Assembly (NCBI GenBank): GCA_964016885.1
Contig: OZ024741.1
Span: forward strand, 291,400,001 to 291,464,000
Source of the DNA: Eledone cirrhosa
Lineage: Eukaryota
DNA length: 64,000 bases
Reading direction: 5' to 3'
Shown: positions 13,970 through 26,109 of the stretch, piece by piece
Layout: each line of letters opens with the position of its first letter
Position numbering within the stretch: position 1 is the first letter of the stretch
Made by a program: the position numbers and the translations under genes
Notes under the pieces: generated by a model
The model's input: only the letters and a program-made list of their open reading frames with translations
What the model was told of the DNA's origin: nothing
The model's database searches: none

Positions 13970-14046
<77 letters not shown>

Positions 14047-14132
14047 TCTGTGTGTGTGTCTGTGTGTGTAGGTGTGTGTATCAAAGGTAAAACTAGATAT
14101 GCAAAGCTCAAATGTATGTAGAGAATTATACA

Positions 14133-14176
<44 letters not shown>

Positions 14177-14180
<4 letters not shown>

Positions 14181-14397
14181 TGGTATAGTCCCGTAACTCA
14201 TGATAGAGTCGTAGGGTGCCGTGTTCAGATACGGCGTTTCTTGGGCATTTTAAGCTTGACGGAGTCCAGCCCTCTCCAGGCCAGAGTACAGCATATTTCT
14301 TCCAGAGGGAGGAACAATCGACCCTAGTACTAGACTGGTACTTATTTATCGAGCTTGAAAGGCAAAGATGACCTCGGCGGGGTTTGAACTCAGAGAC
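14177..14397 (-). mobile_element. SINE fragment plus adjacent dispersed repeat (also at 24838-24940 and 63260-63312)
   Basis: ctggtacttatttatcga...ggcaaag...ctcggcggggtttgaactcag is the SINE core in reverse; gagtcgtagggtgccg...gagtacagcatatttcttccagag is shared with 24838-24940. Confidence 0.7.
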
Positions 14398-14923
14398 AAT
14401 CGCCACCGACGAATGTTGTAAGTTGTCGAGGAAGGCAAGCCATCGCAACCTATATCAAGTGGAGCGCAGTACTTACCATCAACTACTACATAATGCTGTA
14501 ACTAAGGATTACCGTAAAACTAATCGGTGCGTCATCAATGAAATCAACGATACTGGGTTTAATATCACATCTGATCTCATCATCCTGGACCGGACCGAAC
14601 CTCTGGACCCTATTTCTCCTCACTTTACCATGAAGGATCACAAATCCAATTTTCCGAACAACACCTCTATTCGGCTTATTAACCCTACGAAGTCCGATTT
14701 AGGTAGACTTAGTAAAACGATTCTTGATAGAATTATACCTGAAATTAGAAGTTTGGCCCCTCTTGCACTATGGAACAATTCTTTCGCGGTGATTGATTGG
14801 TTCAACGGCATATGTTACAAGGAACATTGCCGTTTTATCCAATTCGACATCAACAATTACTACTCCATCACTTTACCACTTCTCCTTAGAGCTATCAATT
14901 TCGCTAAAACACTCAGTGGTTAA
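14398..14923 (+). pseudogene. PLE reverse transcriptase, N-terminal part (frameshifted from next ORF near 14915-14920)
   Basis: ORF 14384..14923 has TMKDHK..F...TSIRLINPTKSDLGRLSK and FIQFDI motifs; its first codons come from the upstream SINE. Confidence 0.85.
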
Positions 14924-16217
14924 GGATTTCGAAGTTGATATCATCCTCAATGCCCGAAAGTTGGTGATTAATTTCGACGACTCTATTTGGATTAAAAATT
15001 CCAATAGTACCCCATTCGACGTGAGTATGGGCACCAGTGATTCTGCGGAGGTTACTGATCTTATCGGCCTTTTCCTTCTTTTCTCTATCAAGGACGAATT
15101 CCCCAACGCTGGCGGTGGTTTGTACCGTGACGATGGTCTTTTTACCATGACTAAGTCCGGACCTCGTGCTTGCGACAGGTTCAGAAAAGAACTCACAGCC
15201 TTCTTTAAAGGCTTCAACCTCTATATACAGGTTGAGGCCAATCTCTCGGTCGTTAATTACCTCGACGTTACCCTCAATTTATTGAATGGGTTGTATTACC
15301 CGTATAGAAAACCGAATGATACGCTTAATTACATAAGTAAGCATTCCAACCATCCTGCCAGCATAACCAAGAACCTGGTAAGAAACGTTTCGTTGAGGCT
15401 TTCCCGTCTTTCCACCAACGAGCGTATTTTCAACGACCATTCCACTTATTACAATGAAGCTCTTGCTCGAAGTGGCTTTGTCAATAAGGTAGCATATACA
15501 GAGGACGAAAATAGACCTAGAAGAAATAGATCCCGTCGCATTTGTTGGTATAACCCACCATATAATATGGAGGTGGCCACACCATTAGCTAAAATCTTTC
15601 TCTCCCTTATTACGAAGCATTTTCCCCCTACACATAAGTATAGTAAAATTTTTAATAGAAATACTATTAAAATGTCTTACTCTACGACTCCTAACCTTGC
15701 ACATAACATCACAGCTTCAAATTTAGCTAAACTACCTAGCCGTAGGAACACGTGCAACCCTGTAGTTAGTACCTACTGTAATTGTAGGAATCGGGTTGAT
15801 TGCCCCCTATCCGGGAAATGCCTCTCTAGTAACATTGTCTACAAATGTAAGGTTGTAACACCCACGTCCCGTAGGGCCTACATAGGGTTAACCGCCAATA
15901 GATTCAAGCAGCGTCTTTACATGCATACCCATTCTTTTCGTTACCCTCTAAGAAGGAATATGACGTCACTTTCAGCTTATATCTGGAGTCTAAAAGACAA
16001 CCACACACAATATAAGTTACACTGGGAGATCCTAGCTAGGGCTAGATCGTATAACGGAAATAAAAGACCATGTGACCTCTGCGCTGCTGAGGCCCTGGAA
16101 ATATTCTACGCCACAGACCACATCTTAAACAAAAAATCTGAGGCAATTTCGGCTTGTAAACATAAATTGCACAAAACTTTCCTGTATTACAGCCCCACGT
16201 TATACCCTAACGGGTAG
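14915..16217 (+). pseudogene. PLE RT core, thumb and GIY-YIG endonuclease (open to natural stop)
   Basis: ORF 14793..16217: YRDD catalytic motif, PYRKP, WYNPPY, IVYKC..AYIGLT...FKQR...H, LN.KSE. Confidence 0.9.
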
Positions 16218-16379
16218 TACGATCTATACGTGGATATTTTACGTCTTGATGTGGGAGCTAAGTATATGTTTTGTTTATACCATTACTTATTTGCATAGCG
16301 AACGTTTCCACGAACCAAAGTATCGTCTTCCTGTCTTCCTCCGGTTGCAACGTTTTTTGAAATATCCACTTTTGCGTTT

Positions 16380-16455
16380 ATAGATTGACTCTGTTAGTTT
16401 CAGAAGATCCCGTTAAGGGTGAAAGCAGCGATTCTTTGCTTAAACTTTAATCTGT
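16380..16455 (+). ncRNA. Type I hammerhead-like fold with variant core CAGAAGA (family D) in PLE 3' pseudo-LTR
   Basis: atagattga..agttt-CAGAAGA-t-ccc-gttaa-ggg-t-GAAA-gcag-cgattct-ttgc-TT-aaact..taatctgt: bipartite stem I, stem II, stem III all pair. Confidence 0.65.
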
Positions 16456-16462
16456 TATTTTA

Positions 16463-16510
<48 letters not shown>

Positions 16511-16544
16511 TAAAATAACAGATTAAAGTTTAAGCAAAGAATCG

Positions 16545-16600
<56 letters not shown>

Positions 16601-16606
<6 letters not shown>

Positions 16607-16940
16607 TAAAATAACAGATTAAAGTTTAAGCAAAGAATCGCTGCTTTCACCCTTAACGGGATCTTCTGAAACTAACAGAGTCAATCTGTAAACGCAGAAG
16701 TGGATATTTCAAAAAACGTTGCAACCGGAGGAAGACAGGAAGACGATACTTAGGTTCGTGGAAACGTTCCCTGGCAAAGAACGGGAAAAAACGAATATAA
16801 TACGTCATTAATAGGAGCAGTGAAAAACAATTACACGCAAAGACAGAACCACGTTTATGGTATAAAAGAAGTCGTAGACTAATATTCTATTAGGTGGTGC
16901 ATAGAGACGTTCTCTGGCAATGAACGAAAAAAAACGAATG
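16601..16940 (-). mobile_element. Inverted pseudo-LTR of family D (tail-to-tail with the PLE across (TA)n), containing the same HHR-like fold at 16614-16689
   Basis: 16601-16770 is the reverse complement of 16300-16470; 16770-16895 instead matches 42697-42825 in reverse; a further 40-bp inverted stub at 16505-16546. Confidence 0.85.
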
Positions 16941-17486
16941 CCCCCAAAACCTCTTTCCCAATATTCCATTCGACCGTACTAACAACCATCACATTCCAGC
17001 ACACCCATGAAGTATTTAATAAGCTCTTACACACTGACAACAATCACATTACAATCAAGCTCGCAACATTTGCTATTACCTAGAAATTAATATCCATGCA
17101 GCTGTCCTTCTTCACTAATTAACAGTAGGTAAATCCATTGACATCACTCTTTATACTTCTAATTGCTATTTCGACTTATTTATATACATTATTATTCATA
17201 TGTTTATCCAAATGTTTATCCATATGCCTAATCAATTAGTGTCTGGCCACACAACTTCTTAGCCTTTAACCCTAATATTCAGCGCCGCATCAACTCCTTA
17301 TCTTTATTTAACCATACGCCTGTGTTTTCATAAACACCTGTGTATTTCCCACCCATCATCTCATACACACGCATACATAAATTCATACAAACGTACATAC
17401 ATACATAATACATACATACATACATACATACATACATACATACAAACAAACGCGTGTGTGTTATCAGTATATATAGAATATATGTG

Positions 17487-17526
<40 letters not shown>

Positions 17527-17870
17527 TAAAAAATAAAATGGTGTCCTGCGTTGTTGCGAGTGTGATACATATGAATGAAAATAGACCGAGAAACGGAACT
17601 TCCATCATCAGTAGTCTGCTGATTATCATTGGTATTTCTTCGCATTAAAGACCAGATACCTTAAAATCAGTGCGAGCGATAACTAAAATAAGTTATCGAG
17701 ACAGAGCGAATTGGAAGAGGAAAGTAAACAAACAAGATGGTAGTAATGCAACGTAAAGAGAGGAAAAGAGAGACAAGTCAATGAATCTTGTGGACCTAAG
17801 TTCGACAAATCAAATGACGAGAAGAGGCAGACGCGTCCGAACCACGAGAAAAGTGAGAGAGAAAAGGGTT

Positions 17871-17913
<43 letters not shown>

Positions 17914-17915
17914 TA

Positions 17916-17970
<55 letters not shown>

Positions 17971-17982
17971 ATGTGTGTGTGC

Positions 17983-18022
<40 letters not shown>

Positions 18023-18037
18023 CTATGTTTATATATA

Positions 18038-18103
<66 letters not shown>

Positions 18104-19645
18104 TGTGTGTGTGTCTATATAAGCGGTTTTAGCTTGAGGTTGTGTTTAGCAAACTTTTATTTCTCGAAGCAAAGGGGAGTGATATCAAATAAATAGAATA
18201 TAATTAGCAAAAGACGGAAACTACCAACATTTAATATTTTACTCATATTTCGAGGATGAATAATATTTTTCGTAAAGGTAATCCCTCCTCTCTCTCCCGC
18301 TTTCTTACCTACACACACACACACATACACACACACATACACAAGCACACGGACACACATACACAAGCACACGCACACACTTTCCATCGAGACGTGAGAT
18401 CACAACCATCACCTATTACTCTGTCACACAGTCACACACACATTCTTACCATCTACTTTTCAGCTTACAATCTTTTTACATCATGGAATAACCAACTTTA
18501 ATATGAGAGACACATGGTAGAGCTTGAGTATACTATAGAGGTTGTCTTGTAAATGGTATATCTAGTACAATGTATGTACGATTACTTTCCCACAAGTCCC
18601 TCCCTAATTGAAAATATTGCGATATAGTATTAGTGAAATTTTAGCTGCCATTTCAAGCATGTTGAGTGACACAAGGAAAGCTTTTTCTTTGGCTCATCGC
18701 CATAAAATCAACTACTGCTCGTTTCAAGACACAGCAGGGTGTTTGTGTTTGTGGAAGGTTCTATGTCCTTAAGTATAGATTTGTGTGTGTAAGAGAGAGA
18801 GAGAGAGGGGGCAAGATGTATATTTCTATGTGTGTGTAATGAAAATGCTATTGTGTTTGCGTATTCTGAGCATATTTGTTTTTATATAAAGATTTTACAG
18901 AACTTGATGTCTCCACTGATGCACATTGGACATTATAACTTCAAGAAAATTAAGCTCTTAGTCAATATCTGATTATTGCTTAATTTGAAATTCTTATTTC
19001 GTCGCACATTTGCAATAACACAATGGGATTACGAGGCGTTCATGCTTCTTTAAAGACCCTTAGCGATGTAACTATTATGAATTAATTAACCTCGATCAAG
19101 GATTTCTGAAGAAAAATAAAACAGCTGATGGACACAGTTGGCCGAGAATGTAGTTTCTTGCATTTCGGCGCCTATTTCACTTAAAGCTTAATAAAGTAGT
19201 ATATTGTAAAGTAAAATAACATATATATCAGTGAAACTGAATGATCCAACAGAGAAAAAACTTTTTTCTGAGTTTCTGCTGGAATGGCAAACATTCCAAT
19301 TGTTTCTTTTTTCTATATTTTAATGTTTATTAGGTGATCTTAAAAAACAAATACATAGTTAAGTTCATTTTTGAACATTTTCCAGAATAGTTTTCTGCCA
19401 TAATTATCTGAGGTAAGAAAAAAAAATTCAAAAGGTGAATAGACCAAAACAAATGGTATAAGTTCTAATGCACTTATAATGATTTGTGGCAATTTAATTG
19501 AATCATTTTAACATCCCAAGTTCAAATCACTCTGAGGTTGATTTTTGCCTTTCAGCACTTAGTAATATTTTTTTTTCTTTTCTGATTCAACTGAGTAAGC
19601 TTTCAGTTTGTTTTATTTCACTTTGACACTATTATACTCCTCATT

Positions 19646-20180
19646 TGGATTGGCAGTGTCGGTAGAAGGTCGGACGTTATGCTTTGTCACATAGAGTTAC
19701 GGCCCTTGCCATTCTGTGTTCAAATCCCGCCGAGGTTAACTTTGCCTTTCCTCCTTACGGGGTCGATAAAATAAAGTACCAGTAATGCACTGAGTAATTG
19801 GTGGCCTTGTGCCAAAAGTAGAAACAATTATTACTAAACATATACTAGTTTCTACTTTTGGCACAAGGCCAACAATTAATCCAGTGTATTACTGGTACGT
19901 CATTATTACTAAACATATAATTGTTTCAACGTTTGGCACAAGGCCAGCAATTACCCAGTTCATCACTGGTACTTTATTTTATCGACCCCGTAAGGATGAA
20001 AGGCAAAGTTAACCTCGACGGGATTTGAATAATATCTGTTTAGCAGTATCGTTCGAGAACTGGATAAAGTACTTTGTGGTTTTTTCCTACGGCCATTTAC
20101 GTTCAAATCCTGTTCAGTTCAACTATGTATTTCATCCTTCCAGGGTTGATAAAGTACCAATAAAGAAATGGAGCCGATAG
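19646..20180. mobile_element. Cluster of major-SINE copies in alternating orientation (+ 19646-19832; - partials 19845-20030; + decayed 20040-20180)
   Basis: Core gcctttc.tccttacggggtcgataaaataaagtaccag on both strands. Confidence 0.85.
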
Positions 20181-20736
20181 AATAGACTTTCTACTTCCGC
20201 GAGGTGGAACCCATGTATTTAAACGGTGTACCCAGTGCCAGGACACTACTGACTAGATTAGTGCGTATGCTACTTCAATTTCTGTCAATATGATAGGCAC
20301 TGCTGATCGGGAGGTTCACTGTCAACACCCACTTAAAGGTGAGCTCGCAATGACGTGAAAGAAGAAGAAGAAGAAGAAGAAGAGCTATATCTCACGAGTT
20401 TCAGCAGTGTTCAGTTTGCTTCACGTTGTAGAAAAGCGATCTCTTATTCGTTTCAGCGTCTATTTTTAGTTCCTAAAACTAACTTTTTTATTATGCTTTA
20501 ATTTAAAAAAATATATACCAGCTTTGGATTTTTATATTATATTTTAAGCATAAAATGTTTAGAATCTGCAGATTCTCTATCTATTGTTTAAACAATATAA
20601 AAGTAAATAAAAAGAACTATAAAAAAGGAACTTCAAACCATTCATTTATAAACGTATTTATATAGTAATTACCTGGATACAAAAATAAACAATTATATTT
20701 CATTTCATTTCATTTCATTTGAGTTTGAGTCCATGC

Positions 20737-23173
20737 TCAGGCCAAGTCGAAGACTTCACCCTCAGAGTCTGGTGTGGTTGCCAGGTTGGATTCTCTGTTT
20801 AATTTTGACATGTGTAGGAGCGAGTTTGAGTCAGTTTGTGTTCGTTGTGTATATCCTGGGAGATGGGGTTCATCTCTAATGCTGCTTAAGTATCTATCCA
20901 GCTGCAATTTGAATGATTCCACACTGCATCCTGATAGATTTCTGACATGTACCGGAATGGAGTTGAATAGTTGTGCCCCTCGAACCAACAGACTTGACTC
21001 TCCCAGGGTTGTTGCTGCCTGGCCAGCCTTTTTGTTGATTGGTGGTAGCTGGCAGCATCTTCCGTGGCGCAGTGAGTGGTAGGTTTTGATACCAAAGTTT
21101 GGCACCTTTCTATCATTTTCCAAATGTATATAATTCGGTATGGCTCAAATCTTCTTTCTATTGAGTACATCTTCAAGGTTTTGAGTCTTTGCCAATAGTC
21201 CAGGTCCCTCGTTTCTGAGAAGTATGAGGTAAAATTTCTTTGGAGCGATTCCATCTTAGATAGTTGGCCCTTTGTTGTTGGTGACCACAACTGAGAACAG
21301 TAGTCAATCCTCGGAAGTATCATACTGTTCCAGAGGGTTTTCATTGTTGAGGTATCTCTTGATTTGAAGGTGCGCAAGATCCACCCGCTGTACTTTCTTG
21401 CAGTAAGACAGACTGAGTCAAGGTGTTCTCTGAATTTTAGGCTGGTTCCCATGTGGATGCCTAAATCTTTCACACACTGTTTTTCCATTATTTGTTGTCC
21501 TGATGGGTTTCTGTAGTTTGTTGTATTTTTCAGATCTTGATCTGTTCCGTAGCGAATTAGTTCAAACTTCTTATCATTGAACAACATGTTGTTTGTTTCC
21601 TGCCATTTGTATATGGTGGTTAGGTCCTTTTGTAAGGCCTCTGTATCCACCTCGTCTTTGATTTGTCTCATGACCCTGGTGTCATCAGCAAAGGATGAGA
21701 CGTTGCTGGTTTATCTTCATCTATGTCAGAGATGAGGATGAGAAACAGGATCGGGCCGAGTACTGTACCCTGAGGAACACTGCTGGTCACAGGTGATGGT
21801 GTTGAATGGGTTCCATTCACAGTGACTGTTTGTGTTCTATTTGTAAGGAACTCATGTATCCATGTACCAACTTTTCCTCCTACTCCTAGCTTTCGAAGTT
21901 TGTGTCCCACGATGGGATGATCTACCTTGTCAAATGCCTTGGCAAAGTCGAGGTAAATAACATCTGTGTTGTATCCATTCTCTAGATTTTCTAGGATTTG
22001 GTCATGGTGTGCCAGTAGTTGGGAAAGATATGATCTACCTAACCTGAATCCATGCTGATTGCAATTCATCAGATTGTTGGATTCCAGGAACTCAACCAGT
22101 TTTCCACGAACTATTCTTTCGAAGACCTTGATAATGTGTGATGTCAGTGAGATTGGTCGGTAGTTCTTTGGTTTTGATTTGCTGTCCCCTTTATGTATTG
22201 GAGTTATGTGTGCTTCTTTATATGTATTTGGTATTTTGCCATTCTCCATAGATTCCTTCCATATCATGTAAAGGGGTTTCAACAATTGTACCTTGCAGTT
22301 TTTAAGTATCATGGCATTGAAATTATCAGGCCCCGCAGCCGACTGAATGGAGAGCTTGTCTATGGCTCTTTCTATGTCTTCTGGGTTGAAATCAATGTCG
22401 GATAGGGTAGGTTTAGTATGGTCGATATCCTTGAAGAATTCTCCTGGGTTATGGATCTTCATTGTTTTAGATGGCTCACTGAAGGCACTTTCATACTGTT
22501 GACCCAACATTTCTGCCATTTCAATAATGTTATTCACTACATCCCCATTTTGTCTCTGGAGAGGTCCTATTGTTGACTTGGTATTCGAGTATTTCTTTGC
22601 AAAACTGTAGAAACATTTTGGATTTTTCTTGATGTTTTCTATGGCTCTCTTTTCTGCATTGTTACGTTCTTCATCATAGTGTTGTTTTAGATTGTCTTCT
22701 AATCTGTATATTTGGTCAAGGACTTTCTGTAGTTCATGTTTTGATGTCAGCTTAGATGTTTCGTTTCTTAGTCTTGACCTTTTGCGCATCAGGATCTTTC
22801 GCTCCCGTGGTACAGGTTTTTTTGTGGATTTGGTTTTCTTAAGAGGAATATTTTTTGCACATATTTCTTCGATCTTGTTTAAGAATTTCTTGTGCTTATC
22901 TGGCCCAGTAAGGTAGAGATTCCAGTCAATGATTTGTAACTGGTTGTTAATAGTTTCCCAATTTGCCTGGTGATAATCATACCTGCATAGCTTTGGCATG
23001 TCCTTTTGTTTAAGAGTTGTGGCATTGGGCTCATTACCAATGTGTAAATGCATTTCAATAATATTGTGGTCTGAAAGGATTGTTGGGGTTGAGTGAAGGT
23101 CAAATAGCGTGTCCTCGTTGTTGGTGAAAACCAAGTCGATCGTATTATTATTTCTAGTTGCTTCTGTCATCAT
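20737..23173 (-). pseudogene. LINE ORF2 reverse transcriptase and C-terminal domain (frameshifts near 21705 and 21120)
   Basis: AAGPD, NYRPISLTS, QHGFR, YLDFAKAFDKVDH, VPQGTVLGP, SFADDT (in shifted frame at ~21677-21697), KDLGI, DYCSQLWSP, LFNSIP. Confidence 0.92.
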
Positions 23174-23710
23174 TTGTTTGAGGTATAATTTCTCTGTGAC
23201 TTCTAACAGTTTGGCTGCCTGTATTTGTTCAGCTTTTGTCCCCAGTTTTAGTATGTGTCCATGTGGCTAGATGATGTTAGGGAAGTTGAAGTCACCAAGG
23301 AGGATAATGTCTGGCATTGGACTCGCCATGTTTCCCAGAATTTGTTGGAGCTTTGTCAGTGGCTCTGTGAAGGATAATGTTGGGCTGTTTGGCGGTCTGT
23401 ACATTATTGTTACAACTGTATTAAGTTGGATGATTTTTATGCACAGCAGGTTGCAGTAGGCATTTGATTCATTGACAAGTTCTATGCATGCATAGGTATC
23501 ATGGATATACATGATAACGCCCCCATGGGATCTGCCTTGTCTATCACATCTGAAGATGTTGAATCCATTGATTGAGATTTCGCTGTTGCGGATGGTTTCG
23601 TTGAGATGACTTTCAGTAATTCCAATTATTTTGGAGTTGTTTTCTGTTGCTAATTCTTCCAAGAAAGGGACTTTACACTGTTTTGTTTTCGGATAAAGAC
23701 CCTGGAAATT
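23160..23710 (-). pseudogene. LINE ORF2 APE endonuclease domain
   Basis: IGITESHL, FRCDR..RSHGGV, MYRPP, LLGDFN; premature stop at 23267; continues to TR.NNTIDLVF and SDH in the next ORF. Confidence 0.9.
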
Positions 23711-23718
23711 TGCTGTTA

Positions 23719-24552
23719 TTATGCTTGTTGTACCGGATACATCTGCCCTATTGTTGGCAAGACTGTTGTAGTTGCTGGGACTGTGCTGACTGGATATTCG
23801 GTCTGCTGGGCTGTCTGTATTTGTTGTATGTGCCCTGTAAGTCCAGGTGTCAGCCTTTGTATCAATGTTGTCTGGTTTTGCTGAGTCATCTGTATGGAGT
23901 ACAGCTGTTGTTGTAGTTGGTAGATTATGCCTAAAAAACTGCTTTCATTCATTACTGTATCGAATTTCTGCGAGTTTGGGTTTGTTACAGCTGATGTGTG
24001 CAATTGAGTAGCATGATTTTCATTCACTGTTGAGCCATGACCTGGTTTCTGCATTTTTGGGAAATGGTTTTCATACCCTGCTGAGCTTGGTCCTGGTGGT
24101 GTGGGTTCAGTAGTTTTTATGCGAATTGTACCCTTCCGGTGCATAAATTTGCAATTCTCGTCAAAACATTCTTTTTTTCTCAGCGAATTGCGGCACATCT
24201 TTGGGTGAAGGAGTTCACATTCTCGGCTATTTTGGCATCCTTTTTTTCGATCAGTACCGAAGTTGATATATGGTTTGCATGGTTTGGGGTGACTGTACGT
24301 GCGCCCTTTACCTGAAAGACCATGTTTGCACTTGTTGCTCCTGTAATGGATACATACTGGCCTTTCTTCATTTGAGCGTTTGCTCTGAATCTGTTTCTTT
24401 TCGTGGGAAGTTTGGTCTTTTTCTGCAGGATCTCCTGTTTCTTGTTTTGTAGGTGTTTGCAGGTCATTGTCTTCATTCTTGTCATTTACAAGAGGCACTT
24501 GGATGGCCTGTGTGTGGCAGGATTTATTTGTAACATATGTTTTGATTTCCAA
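23719..24552 (-). CDS. LINE ORF1 (probably N-truncated) with tandem CCCH-type zinc fingers and Gln-rich C-terminus
   Basis: CIHYRSNKCKH.....R.YSH, CKPY...CQNSRECELLH, CRNSLRKKECFDENCKFMH; directly upstream of the endonuclease. Confidence 0.75.
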   Translation of the reverse strand: MEIKTYVTNKSCHTQAIQVPLVNDKNEDNDLQTPTKQETGDPAEKDQTSHEKKQIQSKRSNEERPVCIHYRSNKCKHGLSGKGRTYSHPKPCKPYINFGTDRKKGCQNSRECELLHPKMCRNSLRKKECFDENCKFMHRKGTIRIKTTEPTPPGPSSAGYENHFPKMQKPGHGSTVNENHATQLHTSAVTNPNSQKFDTVMNESSFLGIIYQLQQQLYSIQMTQQNQTTLIQRLTPGLTGHIQQIQTAQQTEYPVSTVPATTTVLPTIGQMYPVQQA

Positions 24553-24599
24553 AATAATAAGTGTTCAAAAAGTATTTCTTTTTTGGTACACATTCAGAA

Positions 24600-25148
24600 A
24601 TCTGGGGAGAGTTGAGGTCGATTATACCGAATCGAGTACTTAACTGGTACTTCATTTTACTGAATCCAGAAAGTTGAAAGGCAAAGTTGACAACGGCGGA
24701 GTTTGAACTCAGAACGTAGAACGTCGTAACTAAATACCGCGAAGTAATTTATCCGATGTTCTACGGACACTGGCAATTCACTGCATGTTCAATAATGGAG
24801 GTATTAGTATTGTACATTTGTATGTATGGTCCTGATTGAGTCGTAGGGGCGCCGTATTGACATACGGCGTTTCTTGACCATATGAAGCCTGGCGGAGCCC
24901 ATCCTCCCCCAGGCCTGAGTACAGCAAATTTCTTCCAGAGAAAGATAAAAAGTGAGGGAGAGAAAATGAGGAAGAGATGTAGAGGAAAAATCCACTCCAG
25001 TACTAGATAGTTACTTTCTTTATCGACCTCGAAAAGATGAAAGGCAATGTTGACCTCGGCGGGATTAGAACTCAGAGAGTAGAGAGCTGGAACGAATACC
25101 ATAAAGCATTCTATCCGACGTTCTAACCACTCTGCCAATTCGCCACCA
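24600..25148 (-). mobile_element. Two diverged SINE copies flanking a dispersed repeat
   Basis: Reverse-strand cores at ~24640-24715 and ~25015-25075; A box ends at ctgccaattcgcc (~25143). Confidence 0.75.
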
Positions 25149-25974
25149 TTGTACATTGACACGTTTACAAAATGTTTAATGCCTCCGTCATCAAATTTTA
25201 TTCATGACAATTAAAATGCAAACATGTTTATACACTTCAAACGTAAGCTAAATAAATCTATATACAAAAACGTGCTTTCTACAATCGTAAATGTACACGT
25301 ATTAAAAACAAAAAACAGAAAGCTGCAGTAAAGCTCCGAACACTAATTATTTAATGATTACTTTTTAATTAAAAGTGTTATTGCTGTATTTATTTTATTT
25401 CATTTATTTGTTTATATATTTAAATTTTATCTTATTTTTAACAGTATTTATTTTACAATCTCTTTAGCGAACAGCTAAATTACGGGACATGAACATAGAC
25501 AAGACAAAAAAAACAAACACAGTTATATATATACAGACACATGTATATAATTGTATACGTTCATACATACATATATGCACACATACACATATTTACACAC
25601 ACACATACACCTATATATGTGTTTGTGTATGTGTGTCTGGAAGCCGCTTTAATGCAAACGGTATTGTAAATATTAAGCTAAAAAGATCGGATGAGGAAGT
25701 AGGGAAGTAAGATTGAGAGCAAAGAAAGGAAAAAAATCTGAGAAACCAGAGATTATGTTACACTGGTGATGTGTATTAATCCCGATATATGTCGGATAAA
25801 CTATCCGTTTTAAGGAAAACATTGGGGACCTCAGAGTGCAGATGAGAGTATTTTTTAGATTTCTGTGGGGCTTGCGTTTAAGTTCTATATATATATAACA
25901 AAGAAGGTGTGGTAAGATACCAGGTAGACCATAACGCCGCAGAGTACTCGATACTTAGGGTAGTAGAGTGCGTA

Positions 25975-26058
<84 letters not shown>

Positions 26059-26109
26059 GCACACGCGCACACACATACACACATATATATACATATATAT
26101 ATATATATG

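Larger units (their letters stand above)
14398..16470 (+). mobile_element. Penelope-like retroelement, 5'-truncated, RT + C-terminal GIY-YIG, with 3' pseudo-LTR ending in (TA)n
   Basis: RT motifs IRLINP, FIQFDINNYYSI, FDVSMGT.D.AE, GLYRDDGL, NYLDVTL; linker CNCR..CP..C; nuclease IVY..YIG; CDLC and terminal CKH. Confidence 0.92.
20697..24560 (-). mobile_element. CR1/L2-group LINE, near full length, disabled; (AAATG)n 3' tail
   Basis: ORF1 with CCCH fingers, then APE endonuclease and RT; plus-strand (CATTT)n at ~20698-20720 immediately after the ORF2 stop. Confidence 0.92.

Noticed and set aside
14915-16300. Selenocysteine recoding in the Naiad-like PLE
   Set aside because: No in-frame TGA in the ORF, stop is TAG, and I could not identify a SECIS by eye.
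17585-17616. Minus-strand CTGATGA with small hairpin (also at ~5014)
   Set aside because: No GAAA box at the required position.
18880-19450. Repeat-free stretch with splice-like signals (possible host exon)
   Set aside because: No ORF or homology evidence; needs RNA-seq.
21677-21700. Minus-strand CTGATGA (also near 31435)
   Set aside because: It is the ADD codon string of the RT catalytic motif.
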